Assembly (NCBI GenBank): GCA_964496035.1
Contig: CAZBXI010000001.1
Span: 1,126-65,125, forward strand
DNA from: an uncultured Desulfurococcales archaeon
Lineage (GTDB): Archaea > Thermoproteota > Thermoprotei_A > EX4484-217-1
Reading direction: 5' to 3'
DNA: 64,000 nt
Part shown: one piece after another, positions 1 through 10,257 of the stretch
How the letters are laid out: the number at the start of each line of letters is the position of its first letter
Position numbering within the stretch: position 1 is the stretch's first letter
Translations under genes and position numbers: made by a program
The notes under the pieces: generated by a model
Database searches by the model: none
Told to the model about the DNA's origin: nothing
What the model saw: the letters and a program-made list of their open reading frames with translations, nothing else

Positions 1-1
1 A

Positions 2-2623
2 ATCTACATTACACCGCTAAAAGCGTTAATAAACGACATAACCCGAAGGTTAAAATGGTGGGCTGATAAGCTCGGATTTACCGTTGCTCGGAAACATGGC
101 GATGTACCGTCATATGAGAAAGTTAAGAGACTTAGGAATGTTCCACATATAATAGTTACAACGCCTGAAGGTCTAGAAATAGATTTGGATTGGGCACCTA
201 AATTCAGAAAGTACTATTCAAATGTAAAATGGGTCATTATAGACGAGGTTCACGAGCTATTATCATCTAAAAGAGGTGTACAGCTATCAGTACTTTTAGA
301 AAGGCTTAAGGAAATAGCTGGGAGAGACTTCCAAAGAATAGGTCTTTCAGCAACAATAGGTAATCCTGAAGTAGTTGCTAAGCTTATTTTCGGGTCTTCT
401 AAAAGAAAGCAAGTCATAATTAATGCTTGTGAAGAAAAAAGCATAATTTTCGAAATAGACTCTGTGAATGCTAATGATGATGAGGAACTATGGAATTTAG
501 TCTCGGAAAAAATAGTAAAACGTATTGAAGGACAAAGCTTGGTTTTCGTAAATTCTAGAGCGGCAGCTGAAAGACTTCATGAAGTCTTAGAGAAACATGG
601 TTTAAACAACGTAGGAGTACATCATTCATCAGTTTCTAAGGAATTAAGATTTGAAATGGAAAATATGCTCGATAGCGGAAAACTATCCTGTATTGTCTGC
701 ACTAAGACGTTGGAATTAGGAATAGATCTCGGAAATATAAGTAAGATTATACAGTTTCAACCTCCGGGCTCAATTACCACACTATTGCAGAGAACGGGTA
801 GAAGCGGGCACAGTATTAATGCGAGCTCTAAGGGATTAATTATTTGTTTAAGTAGCGTAGATGTTTTAGAGGCCTTAGCAACAGTCATGTTAGCTTTAAA
901 TAGAGACCTTGAAGAACCATGTATTCTTGAATGTCCTCTTGACGTTTTAGCAAAAGAAATTCTAGGAATGATTCTTCAATATGGAAAAATAGACCCAAAT
1001 ACAATATATAAGATCATCAAGAAAGCATACCCTTACAGAAAACTAAGCTTAAACGATTTCATTAAGTTACTAAACTACCTTGTAAAGAACGGGCTAATAT
1101 GCTGGGACCTTAAGGAACGTAAGCTTAAACTAGGTTCTATGTTCTTTAAAATATGGAGATTTAATTTAAACAGCAACTTTAAAACATGGTGGATGAAAAG
1201 TTTTTCAGAGTTTTTCACAACAATAGGCGAAAGATCTTCATTTCAAGTAAAATATGGAAACCAGGTAATAGGTGATGTAGATTCCCATTACGTTTATAGG
1301 TTTTTAAGGGTAGGCGACGTATTTAGGCTTTCAGGTAAAAATTGGAAAGTCGTTGAAATAGACGATTCATTAATGAAAATAAGTGTTATTCCTTCGACAC
1401 AAGATGAAGCTGAAATACCTATTTGGAGAAGTGGAGGGGTTAGAAGGCCAACTAAATTGTCAAAGACTATGGGTTATCTGCTTTCTAAACTTACATTAGG
1501 AAGCAAGGTTTCATATGAAAACATTATAATTCATGAAGATGCTTGTAAAGCTCTTGAAAACTTAGTTAAAGAGATTAAATCAAGAAAAGTAAAGTTACCG
1601 GATGAGAAGACTATGATTGTGGAGCGAAGCGGTAATGAGTGCACATTTCTCTATTGGATGGGTCAAAACGTAGCGGAGACTTTGGCCCACATACTCTTAT
1701 ACCTTATTTCAACTAAGTATACATTGAATGTTCAAGTAAAAGTTTCGCATATAGGTTTTTCTGTTAAAGTAAATGATGTAGACCCTATAAAAATACTTAT
1801 GAGCATAGACCCTGGTGAAGTAGAGGAGCTCGTCACCAAGTCTTTGCAAAGATCACCTCTCTATTACTACACTTTAAAAGAATTGCAGTTAAGCTTTGGG
1901 AAAGTAGGTAGGATAGATACTGGAGATGATGTTATAAGCGAGGAAGCAACGAAGCAAGTTCTAATGCAATATATGGACATTGAGAGTACTAAGGAGTTAA
2001 TTAGGAAGATAAGAAACGGAGAAATAAAGGTTGTAGTATTAAATGGCACTGAATCTCCCTTGAGTACGTACGTTAAGAAAATGCCACCTATAAGACCGTG
2101 GATTAAAGACTCAACATTGCTCATAATACAGACGCTAGAGCACATAGCATTAACTGCTGATGAACTTTCTGAAATACTTGAAATACCACGTAAAACTATA
2201 GAACACAAGCTAAAAGAATTAAGAAAACCCGGTAATGTTGATAGAGTTACATGCTTTATAGACATAGATATAGCTGAGTGGAGATGGGTTCTCTTAAGAA
2301 ATATTAGAGAAATATGTATGTCTTCAGAATATAATACCTCATTTAAGCCCATAGACTTAGATGAAACATTCATTCTATACGTTAAACCGTTAAATGAAAG
2401 TTCCTACTATATACTATACTTCACAGCACGTGAAATACTGAATAATATCAATGATTTCACATCTAGAATACCTTCAGATGAAGTATATGAATTGAGAGTA
2501 TTGCCTCTAGACAATATTCTTAGAACATTTGCACCAAAATACTTTTATGTAGCTAAAAAAGCTGTACCATATATAGCACTCAATGGCGTTACATATTTAC
2601 AAATAATTAGAGGCTACAGGTAA
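2..2623 (+). CDS. lhr: Lhr-like SF2 DEAH helicase, 5'-truncated by the window edge
   Basis: Frame open from base 2 (IYITPLKALINDI...RKHGD...TTPE); DEVH, SAT, HHSS, TLELGID and QRTGRSGH motifs; C-terminal HTH-like extension. Confidence 0.9.
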   Translation: MYITPLKALINDITRRLKWWADKLGFTVARKHGDVPSYEKVKRLRNVPHIIVTTPEGLEIDLDWAPKFRKYYSNVKWVIIDEVHELLSSKRGVQLSVLLERLKEIAGRDFQRIGLSATIGNPEVVAKLIFGSSKRKQVIINACEEKSIIFEIDSVNANDDEELWNLVSEKIVKRIEGQSLVFVNSRAAAERLHEVLEKHGLNNVGVHHSSVSKELRFEMENMLDSGKLSCIVCTKTLELGIDLGNISKIIQFQPPGSITTLLQRTGRSGHSINASSKGLIICLSSVDVLEALATVMLALNRDLEEPCILECPLDVLAKEILGMILQYGKIDPNTIYKIIKKAYPYRKLSLNDFIKLLNYLVKNGLICWDLKERKLKLGSMFFKIWRFNLNSNFKTWWMKSFSEFFTTIGERSSFQVKYGNQVIGDVDSHYVYRFLRVGDVFRLSGKNWKVVEIDDSLMKISVIPSTQDEAEIPIWRSGGVRRPTKLSKTMGYLLSKLTLGSKVSYENIIIHEDACKALENLVKEIKSRKVKLPDEKTMIVERSGNECTFLYWMGQNVAETLAHILLYLISTKYTLNVQVKVSHIGFSVKVNDVDPIKILMSIDPGEVEELVTKSLQRSPLYYYTLKELQLSFGKVGRIDTGDDVISEEATKQVLMQYMDIESTKELIRKIRNGEIKVVVLNGTESPLSTYVKKMPPIRPWIKDSTLLIIQTLEHIALTADELSEILEIPRKTIEHKLKELRKPGNVDRVTCFIDIDIAEWRWVLLRNIREICMSSEYNTSFKPIDLDETFILYVKPLNESSYYILYFTAREILNNINDFTSRIPSDEVYELRVLPLDNILRTFAPKYFYVAKKAVPYIALNGVTYLQIIRGYR

Positions 2624-2630
2624 TACTCTA

Positions 2631-3380
2631 TCATTTTGCTTCTACTTCTACACAGTTTTGTAGTTTATTGTATAACTCTTTAGGTTTCTTAGTGTAAAGT
2701 CTGATTCTTGTAATGTTTTTCCCTGTCATTACTGTTTCCTGAACGATATCCAAGTCAACAAAACATCTCTTTTCATTATATGAGATGTTTCTTACCTTTA
2801 TAGGGAATGAAAAAGTATATCCAGGCCCTGTTTCGGAGTATATGCCTTTCTCCGTTACTATGTAATCATTAAGTATCATCATTGTTGTAAAACCTCTTCT
2901 TTTAGCTAAAATGTTTTGAATAAACCTTGAAATTAATGTTACCACGAAGAAGCTTTCGTAAAGTATAATATATCTTACGAAGCGCTCTAAGAATTCTAGT
3001 TTTTCTGCCTCTCCTACTATTGCTTCTCTCAGATGAGGAAGGAATATGAGAAGTATAATGATAGATATGAATGGTAGCATCATGGACACAAATTGACCTT
3101 TCATCTCTGATACTAGAAGTCTATCTCTGGTCATTAGTTGTCGAACTTCTGCTGCTTTTGCTCTAAACATTCTCTTAGCTTTCTTTATTACATCTAAATC
3201 CTTTACTTTACCTTTAAACATTTTCCTGGCGAAATAGAACATTAACGCACCAAATACGAGGACATATATTACTATGAAGTAAATAATGTAGCCTGGAGGT
3301 AACCAAGCATTTGCAAATGCGAAGCTTATTAGAAGCACCTGGCTTAAGCCGTACTGCATAAAGAACCTTTTAAACTTCAT
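2631..3380 (-). CDS. Membrane protein, DUF2208-like
   Basis: 249 aa, about 4 hydrophobic helices and a C-terminal beta-rich (PH-like) soluble domain; family call from recollection. Confidence 0.6.
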   Translation of the reverse strand: MKFKRFFMQYGLSQVLLISFAFANAWLPPGYIIYFIVIYVLVFGALMFYFARKMFKGKVKDLDVIKKAKRMFRAKAAEVRQLMTRDRLLVSEMKGQFVSMMLPFISIIILLIFLPHLREAIVGEAEKLEFLERFVRYIILYESFFVVTLISRFIQNILAKRRGFTTMMILNDYIVTEKGIYSETGPGYTFSFPIKVRNISYNEKRCFVDLDIVQETVMTGKNITRIRLYTKKPKELYNKLQNCVEVEAK

Positions 3381-3468
3381 GTGTATTCATCCTCAGAAAC
3401 GTAACTAAACCGTTTAAATTTAAAACTTTATGGAAATTAATATATTTTTGCCTCTACAGAACTACAAG

Positions 3469-3524
3469 TGGAGTGATGAATGAACCCGGATCTGATTGAT
3501 GATTGCATGTGGAAGGACTGACCA
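3469..3524 (+). ncRNA. Box C/D guide sRNA
   Basis: C GTGATGA 3473-79, 12-nt guide, D' CTGA 3492-95, C' TTGATGA 3496-3502, guide, D CTGA 3518-21, short TGG/CCA terminal stem. Confidence 0.9.
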
Positions 3525-3530
3525 TGGAAA

Positions 3531-3590
3531 AGACCGATGAAGAACAAGTAAGATACCGAGATGTGACGAAGTTATCCCCGTCGGAGGTCT
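3531..3590 (+). ncRNA. Box C/D guide sRNA (degenerate boxes)
   Basis: AGACC/GGTCT terminal stem; C ATGAAGA 3537-43, D' CCGA 3556-59, C' GTGACGA 3563-69, D CGGA 3582-85; both guides 12 nt; D guide antisense to ACGGGGAUAAC, a crenarchaeal 16S motif as I recall it. Confidence 0.75.
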
Positions 3591-3593
3591 AAA

Positions 3594-4184
3594 ATGAGGT
3601 TCGTAAAAAATATTCACCTAGTAGTGAACTTAAAACCCCAAGTTCTGACTACTAGGTTTTTGAAAGCAGCTAAGGACTATGGGCTCTCAGTAATTGATGT
3701 TAATGAAGAAGAAAGGTCGTTAAGACTCATTATACCTATTAAGATGTATCCTCTTGTACCCGAGCTTATTGAGGAATATTGTAGCTACTCTGAATTCCAA
3801 ATATTCTCCAAGGCAAAGCATAACATGTCTGCTACGAAACTTAGAAAAATACATAAAGAACTAAAACTTGTTAGCAACTATGTCTGCTGGTTTATTGAAC
3901 CACCTAACTCCTATCCCAGAATACTTGGAGTCATGTTGACAGACTACGGTAGCGTATATACTGAAATATATCCTGCCAGAAGTAGAGCTAAAGGAGCTGT
4001 TACCTTAAAATACATAAGCAGTAAGTTAATACTTCATACAATTCACTACACCACTATATCGTCATCCTATACCTTTATAGCATATAAAGGAAGAAACGAA
4101 TACTATTACACCATAGACAATGCGATAAGAAGCTTAAGTATATGCGAGAAAGTATTAAAGAAGGCATTTACAGAGAGTAAGTAG
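3594..4184 (+). CDS. Hypothetical protein flanked by C/D sRNAs
   Basis: 196-aa ORF, ATG preceded by GGAGGT SD; no recognised motif. Confidence 0.7.
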   Translation: MRFVKNIHLVVNLKPQVLTTRFLKAAKDYGLSVIDVNEEERSLRLIIPIKMYPLVPELIEEYCSYSEFQIFSKAKHNMSATKLRKIHKELKLVSNYVCWFIEPPNSYPRILGVMLTDYGSVYTEIYPARSRAKGAVTLKYISSKLILHTIHYTTISSSYTFIAYKGRNEYYYTIDNAIRSLSICEKVLKKAFTESK

Positions 4185-4243
4185 GATGATGAATGCCCTA
4201 TCCTTTGAGGAGTCAATGAAGAATAGTAATCCCGTCTGACTTA
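4182..4243 (+). ncRNA. Box C/D guide sRNA
   Basis: C ATGATGA 4186-92, D' TTGA 4205-08, C' ATGAAGA 4216-22, D CTGA 4236-39; guides 12-13 nt; fills the gap between convergent genes. Confidence 0.85.
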
Positions 4244-4795
4244 AATAACTTTTCTTATAGTTTTTGTAGCTGCGTCATGGTAAACTAGGGCTGCATTCTT
4301 CAGTAACTCCAATAGCTTTGCTTCTTCTTTACTTAACTTCTTAACATCATCAACAGGCAAGGGAAGCTTGTTTAGAAATTCTTCAAGCTTAGGCTTATAT
4401 ACTAAATATGCTTTTCCTGCTGCATGTATTACGTCCAATACACCATTGAAAACTAGTTTTTCTATTCTTTCGCGAGAAACCTTTATTTTATCCATAGGAT
4501 ATACGACTACGTCTTTCATAAACTCTACAAACCTATCATGTCTGGGTTTAGGTAGTTCCCTTCTTACGCCAATGGTTTTCTTTAATTCACTAACTTCTTT
4601 CTCGAGCTTATCTATTCTTTTAGCGACACTATATATTAAGCCTTCAAAATATTCTGTTCTCATACTTATCAAGAATTCTAGTACTTCATTTATGCTGGTT
4701 TTCTTGCCGAGAATTTTTTCGAAAAGCTTACTAAGCGATTCAAGTTTCTCATATACTTCATCACTTATTGTGATAGTTCTAGGCACTATTCTCAC
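4241..4795 (-). CDS. Ribbon-helix-helix / VapB-like DNA-binding protein with coiled coil and C-terminal wHTH-like region
   Basis: N-terminal RTITISDEVYEKL...SINEVL pattern; heptad KRIDKLEKEVSELKK. Confidence 0.65.
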   Translation of the reverse strand: MRIVPRTITISDEVYEKLESLSKLFEKILGKKTSINEVLEFLISMRTEYFEGLIYSVAKRIDKLEKEVSELKKTIGVRRELPKPRHDRFVEFMKDVVVYPMDKIKVSRERIEKLVFNGVLDVIHAAGKAYLVYKPKLEEFLNKLPLPVDDVKKLSKEEAKLLELLKNAALVYHDAATKTIRKVI

Positions 4796-4839
4796 TTATG
4801 TTAAACTAGTAGATAACGGTATAAATATTAGCATGACAC

Positions 4840-7800
4840 TTACGCTAGAGCTTTTTCTTTCACTGTGATTGTTGTTAAAAGCTGTTGAAGTTCCGAATAG
4901 AGTTCCTTTAGTACATCTAAATAATTTACCGCTCCATTTTCTATTGCTCTCATGCGCTGCTCTAGTTTTCTTGTCGTTTCCTCGGAAATGAAAGGCTTAA
5001 AGTGTATAGTGAGATAGTTGTAAATGCTTCTTCCTACAGTAGTAGGTACTAAATACTTGTTCTTGCTCTCTATGACATAGCCTCTTCTCAGCAATGTACT
5101 TAGGATCTTAACATACGTTGAAGGTCTTCCTATGCCCTTTTCTTTCATTAGCTTTATTACATCTCCTTGTCTGTACAGTTTCTCAATAGAGCCTTTCCAC
5201 ATTCTATGTTCGACTATTCTTAAGATGCTTCCCTTCCGTATATTGCGCCATTCTTCATGAACTTTTATAGGGAGTACTTTTAGAAACCCTTCATCAATAA
5301 TTTTAGACACAAATTCTACTACAGCAACGTTTTCTCCTATCTTTATATATAACCTATTTTTCTCAACAACAGCTTTCGCCATTTGACTTGCTATGAAACG
5401 TCTAAATATCATATCGTAAACTCTATAATGGTTATGAGTAAGATTAACATGAACCCTTATTGTTCCTGTCAAAACCATCTTCTTTAGGGTTTCTGCATCA
5501 ACAGGTCTTGTAGGTCTTATACATTCATGCGCTCCCTCCGAACTCCATGATCTTGGCTTAAATAAAGTACCTACTTTAAGAGCATCACATATGTAGTTCC
5601 TCGCTATTTCTATACCATGTTTTGATACTCTTATGCTGTCTGTTCTATGATATGTTATGAGACCTGATTCGAACAATTGCTGAAGTATTTTCATAGCATA
5701 TCTTGAATCCATTCCAAAACGCGTCGAAAGTTCGTGAAGTAGGGTATTAGTGTTGTAGGGGGGTGGCGGGTGTAATTCTTCAATGTTGCTTGACTTGATC
5801 AGTATCAGGGCTCCATGTTTAACATAGTCTTTAATAATTTTCCTGTCAATATGAGGCTCATAATCTATTCTTACAGCTAATCCGTTTTCCAGCACATATT
5901 CTACGAAAAGTCTGCGGGTTTTCTTCCATTTTTCATATTTTTCTATTATCCATCCTAGTACTGGTGTTTGTACTCTTCCTGCTGATAGCCAGTGCATTCC
6001 AAACCTCTTCCACAAAATAGGGCTCAAACTAAAACCAATCCACCTATCCTCAATACGCCTAACAATTTGAGCTTCAACAAGCCTTAGATTTATATTCCGT
6101 GGATTAGCTAAAGCATTTATAATGGCTTTCCTCGTGATTTCATGAAACTCTATCCTATAGATCCTTTCTACATATGGTTTTAACAGTACGTAAACATCCC
6201 ATGCGATTTTCTCTCCTTCACTATCAGGATCCGTACCAATAAATACCACTTCGACTTCCTGGGCAAGCTTCCTTAACGTCTTTATTATCTCCTTCGAGTC
6301 AAGTATTTTTGTGGAACTGCATCTGGGACAACTAGTAGTGTCTAATGTAAATTGGTGACCGCAGCTTCTACAACGCTTAATTGTCGTATATATTGGAGTA
6401 GTAACATTATCAAGTAGTACACCATAGTGTCCTACTTCGACATCTGAAGCTAAGTCTAATATGTGACCCTTAGTAGCTACTATGGTTACCATGTAGTCCT
6501 TAGTGCCGAGAATAGGGTCGCCGATTATGGTTTCATATGCTACAATTCTGCCTATTCTTCTTTTAGAAGGCTTACCAAAAAATGATGCTATGGTTTTGGC
6601 TTTTGTCGGGGATTCAACAATCATAAGAGCTGATATGACGGGTTCTTTAAATGTAGCTCTTATCTTACCTTCAAGTATACTCCTAACGTAGGCTCTATCT
6701 CTATCTATTTCCTCCAGTATTTTGCCCAAATTGACTTCGTTTATATGCTTTATAGAAAAACCATCTATATAATAGGCTAGCTGTTTACACAGTGCTTCGA
6801 ATACTCTTCTATCATCTACTATGATTATTGATAACCCCTTAGTCATTCCGTTAGCAAACATTCTTGATGTTCTACCGCTTGCTTGAATATAAGTCATAAT
6901 ATCTGGAGTTACAATGTACAAATTATTCTTTACTTCTCTGAGAAGCAATATCTTGCTTTCCTTAACCTTACGCCTTATTTTTTCGATATTTATTTTAGAT
7001 AGTATGTACTCCTTAATCTCCACTAAGAACTGACGTACTTTCTCTAGGAACCCCTCTAAGACAATATCCTCCCTAAGGGCTTTTATAAGCAATCTATATT
7101 CTCTATAGCTTAGCTTCTCAATAATTTTTCTTAGCTTATTAGCATACTCGTTTACCTTCTCTTTATCCTCGCCATCCACAACATCACTAAGTACGAGGAG
7201 CATTGAAAGTATTTTTAGCGGATTATTAAGACCTTTATCTAGTGCTAGCTGAAACTTTGGAACACCTAGAAAAAGAGCATATCTTACTTTGTCAGGTAGG
7301 TCAAGTCCTCTAACTATTACACCATAATAGCTGGCAACACCTACTAAAACATCTACTTTACCACTTGAAAATTTTTCAATAAAACCTCTTCTTGAAGATG
7401 AGGCTAAGGAGGCCTTTACACTATTTTCGATAAGGTATGTAGTAAGTTCCTTTGCAACCTTTAATCCAAAATCTTGAGAAACAAAAACTAAACCGCCAGG
7501 ACCTAATGTTTTAACCAAGTCGAGTATTTGCCTTTTATAATCAATACCTATATCAACATAAACGTCTACAATGTTTCTCATGTACTCAATGACAGTTCCT
7601 GCTTCAAAATTTAATAGTTCTCTAAAAATCTTTGACCTAAGCCCTCTACTTCTTCCTGTAGCGCTGCTAACTATAACTTGCCCTATCTCATGATTTCTCA
7701 TAAAGTTTTCTATTTCTCCCTTAATTTCTGTTATTTCCTTCTTTTTCTTTTCAATAAGGTCTTGAGGGGCATTAGATAATAATAGCCTAAGAAGCTCTAC

Positions 7801-8556
7801 CTTGCTTAATACTACCCGGTAGGCTTTGTCTACTATATCTTTACTGAAACCTATTAGTTGAAGAACTCTGTCTACATTCCTAGAATTTCTTAGAAGAGCA
7901 TCTACATCATCAACTATAATTAGCGAGAACTTATGCTTGGCTATTACGCTAAAGTTTTTAGATAGTTGAGCTGCTGTAGATACCAGAATGTCGAATGTTT
8001 CCCCAGACATGGACTCTAGTAACTTGTTTTTACTAAGCAATTGCCTATCTAACGCAAGAACTTTGATATTTAGATTATTCGTGTTTACTATTTCTAGAAT
8101 TTTACTGTAAACTTGCCTTAATAGAACCCTGGTGGGTACAATGAAATAAACTCTTCCTCTTCCCTTAACTGCATGATATATACTATACACTATAAGAAAT
8201 GTTGTCTTACCTACACCTGTAGGAGCTATTATTGCAAAACTTTCTCCTCGGATAATTCTTTTAGCCCATGTTCTTTGAGCACTCCATGGAGTTTTACCTG
8301 TAACGTTCTCGAAGAATTTCAAAAAATCCGAAAGTTCAGCGTTTAAACGGTAAACTTCATTAAATTTTCTTAAGGTTCCCTCAGATAGAAGCTTCTTCCA
8401 CACATACTTCACTCTATCTTCAAGTTTCTCCATTACACTATGTTCTATAGTACTTGATGGTAGACACTTCTTGCATGGTAAACCTAGTTCTAGTCTTTCT
8501 GAGGATATTGCATCTTCACAATTAGGGCATGCTCCCCGGATTACAGCATAAGGCAA
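4840..8556 (-). CDS. rgy: Reverse gyrase
   Basis: N-terminal CPNC Zn finger, APTGVGKTT, DDVD, QASGRTSR, TOPRIM VESPTKA and DPDSEGE, second Zn finger, catalytic YHRTDS. Confidence 0.98.
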   Translation of the reverse strand: MPYAVIRGACPNCEDAISSERLELGLPCKKCLPSSTIEHSVMEKLEDRVKYVWKKLLSEGTLRKFNEVYRLNAELSDFLKFFENVTGKTPWSAQRTWAKRIIRGESFAIIAPTGVGKTTFLIVYSIYHAVKGRGRVYFIVPTRVLLRQVYSKILEIVNTNNLNIKVLALDRQLLSKNKLLESMSGETFDILVSTAAQLSKNFSVIAKHKFSLIIVDDVDALLRNSRNVDRVLQLIGFSKDIVDKAYRVVLSKVELLRLLLSNAPQDLIEKKKKEITEIKGEIENFMRNHEIGQVIVSSATGRSRGLRSKIFRELLNFEAGTVIEYMRNIVDVYVDIGIDYKRQILDLVKTLGPGGLVFVSQDFGLKVAKELTTYLIENSVKASLASSSRRGFIEKFSSGKVDVLVGVASYYGVIVRGLDLPDKVRYALFLGVPKFQLALDKGLNNPLKILSMLLVLSDVVDGEDKEKVNEYANKLRKIIEKLSYREYRLLIKALREDIVLEGFLEKVRQFLVEIKEYILSKINIEKIRRKVKESKILLLREVKNNLYIVTPDIMTYIQASGRTSRMFANGMTKGLSIIIVDDRRVFEALCKQLAYYIDGFSIKHINEVNLGKILEEIDRDRAYVRSILEGKIRATFKEPVISALMIVESPTKAKTIASFFGKPSKRRIGRIVAYETIIGDPILGTKDYMVTIVATKGHILDLASDVEVGHYGVLLDNVTTPIYTTIKRCRSCGHQFTLDTTSCPRCSSTKILDSKEIIKTLRKLAQEVEVVFIGTDPDSEGEKIAWDVYVLLKPYVERIYRIEFHEITRKAIINALANPRNINLRLVEAQIVRRIEDRWIGFSLSPILWKRFGMHWLSAGRVQTPVLGWIIEKYEKWKKTRRLFVEYVLENGLAVRIDYEPHIDRKIIKDYVKHGALILIKSSNIEELHPPPPYNTNTLLHELSTRFGMDSRYAMKILQQLFESGLITYHRTDSIRVSKHGIEIARNYICDALKVGTLFKPRSWSSEGAHECIRPTRPVDAETLKKMVLTGTIRVHVNLTHNHYRVYDMIFRRFIASQMAKAVVEKNRLYIKIGENVAVVEFVSKIIDEGFLKVLPIKVHEEWRNIRKGSILRIVEHRMWKGSIEKLYRQGDVIKLMKEKGIGRPSTYVKILSTLLRRGYVIESKNKYLVPTTVGRSIYNYLTIHFKPFISEETTRKLEQRMRAIENGAVNYLDVLKELYSELQQLLTTITVKEKALA

Positions 8557-8639
8557 TACTTTTACCTAAATACTTCGTTAATGAAGCTTGCTTTAAATAA
8601 GACTTAAGAGGTAATAATACCGGTGTAGGTGCAAGCTGA

Positions 8640-10172
8640 ATGCCTATAACGGTAAAGGAAATGCGCATACGGGAGGTTAATTGTCAAGCGCTAGGTATTC
8701 CTACAAGAATGCTTATGGAAAATGCTGGTGCTCTTGTAGCAAAAATAATTGTAGATAGAATAGGTGTTAAGAGAAAAGCAGTAATATTTGCTGGCAAGGG
8801 AGGAAATGCTGGCGATGGCTTTGTTACTGCAAGGCATTTAGCAAGTTACGGTTTCAAGGTTTTTGTTTATCTCTTTTACAGCATTCACGACATAAGAAAC
8901 GAAGATACATTAGCGAATCTCGAAATTTTAAAGAACATGAGTGATGCTGTTAAGATTTTTGAGCAAGGAACATTTCCTTACGCTCCAGTAAGGGCAGACG
9001 TTATAGTAGATGCACTACTTGGCACGGGTATTAAGCCGCCACTACGTGAACCTATTAAGTCAGCTATAGAGATGTTCAATAGAAGCTTAGGCTTTAAGGT
9101 AGCTATTGATGCGCCTTCAGGCTTAAACCCTGATACAGGCGAGGTAATAGAAGAATGTGTTAAAGCCGACTTAACAGTTACTTTTCACGATGTGAAATAC
9201 GGTCTTTTAAGAGCTAAACAATACGTAGGCGAATTAGTGATTGTAAAAATAGGTATTCCACCAGAGGCATCATCGTACGTAGGTCCTGGAGATGTAATTT
9301 TCGAAGTACCAGCTAAACCTAAGGATGCACATAAAGGTGTAGGAGGTAGGGTGCTGGTTATTGGTGGATCAGAGCATTACACAGGTGCACCTGCTCTCTC
9401 AGCTATGGCTGCGCTAAAAGCCGGTGCCGACCTTGTTTTTATAGCTGCTCCTGAAAGCGCTGCTCCGATAATTTCTTCGTACTCACCTAACCTTATAGTT
9501 AGAAAAGTTCCAGGCAAAAACCTAAATGTGGAGGGCTTAAACATCATAGAGGAGTTAATAAGCAGAGTTAATGCTGTAGTTTTAGGCCCAGGAATAGGTT
9601 TATTTAAGGAAACAAAAGAAGCTGTAAAGGAACTTATTCCTTTAATCGTTAAGTTAGATAAGCCAGTAGTTATTGATGCTGATGCTCTTAAAATAATTGC
9701 TGAACAGCCTAATGCTGACTTTAAGGGAAAGGCTATTCTAACGCCGCATGCTAAAGAAGCTTCGATATTACTAGGGAAAGAGTGTGACATGGATTCGCTT
9801 TACAATAGATCTAAGGTAGCTAGAGAATTGTCTATTAAATACAATGCTGTGATTTTACTTAAAGGCCCTATAGACATTATAGCCTTTAGGAACATGGTTA
9901 AGTTCAATAGGACGGGGAATCAGGGGATGAGTGTAGGAGGTACGGGAGACACCTTGACAGGTATTATTGCAACGTTGCTTGCTAGAAAGGTTGAACCATT
10001 TAAGGCAGCATATATTGGCGCCTTCATAAACGGTCTTGCCGGAGACCTGGCCTATAGGGAGCTTGGTGAAAGACTGACAGCTACAGACGTCCTAGACAAC
10101 ATACCATTAGCGTTTAAGAAACCCTTAGAAAGCTACATTGAGACACAGAGAGTTCTTCATAAGTTTTTCTAG
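8640..10172 (+). CDS. nnr: Bifunctional NAD(P)H-hydrate epimerase/dehydratase
   Basis: LMENAG, GNAGDG, DALLGTG, DAPSG (YjeF_N); GGSEHYTGA, DADA, TPH, GGTGD (dehydratase). Confidence 0.95.
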   Translation: MPITVKEMRIREVNCQALGIPTRMLMENAGALVAKIIVDRIGVKRKAVIFAGKGGNAGDGFVTARHLASYGFKVFVYLFYSIHDIRNEDTLANLEILKNMSDAVKIFEQGTFPYAPVRADVIVDALLGTGIKPPLREPIKSAIEMFNRSLGFKVAIDAPSGLNPDTGEVIEECVKADLTVTFHDVKYGLLRAKQYVGELVIVKIGIPPEASSYVGPGDVIFEVPAKPKDAHKGVGGRVLVIGGSEHYTGAPALSAMAALKAGADLVFIAAPESAAPIISSYSPNLIVRKVPGKNLNVEGLNIIEELISRVNAVVLGPGIGLFKETKEAVKELIPLIVKLDKPVVIDADALKIIAEQPNADFKGKAILTPHAKEASILLGKECDMDSLYNRSKVARELSIKYNAVILLKGPIDIIAFRNMVKFNRTGNQGMSVGGTGDTLTGIIATLLARKVEPFKAAYIGAFINGLAGDLAYRELGERLTATDVLDNIPLAFKKPLESYIETQRVLHKFF

Positions 10173-10257
10173 ATAGTTTAAGAATAAAATTTATATGTAA
10201 GAACTAGGGTACTGTCTAGAAGGTTAAAAAGAATTTAAACACTTAGGGGCATAAGCT

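Noticed and set aside
1867..2373. Antisense shadow ORFs in the track (e.g. 1867-2373, 4368-4868, 9377-9790, 17985-18302, 42153-42548, 57680-57994, 62493-62852)
   Set aside because: They lie opposite well-supported genes, are Ser/Leu/Ile-rich mirror translations and have no motifs
4840..8556. Inteins in reverse gyrase or the Lhr helicases
   Set aside because: Lengths and motif spacing are normal; no intein HN-C/S junction or LAGLIDADG blocks seen
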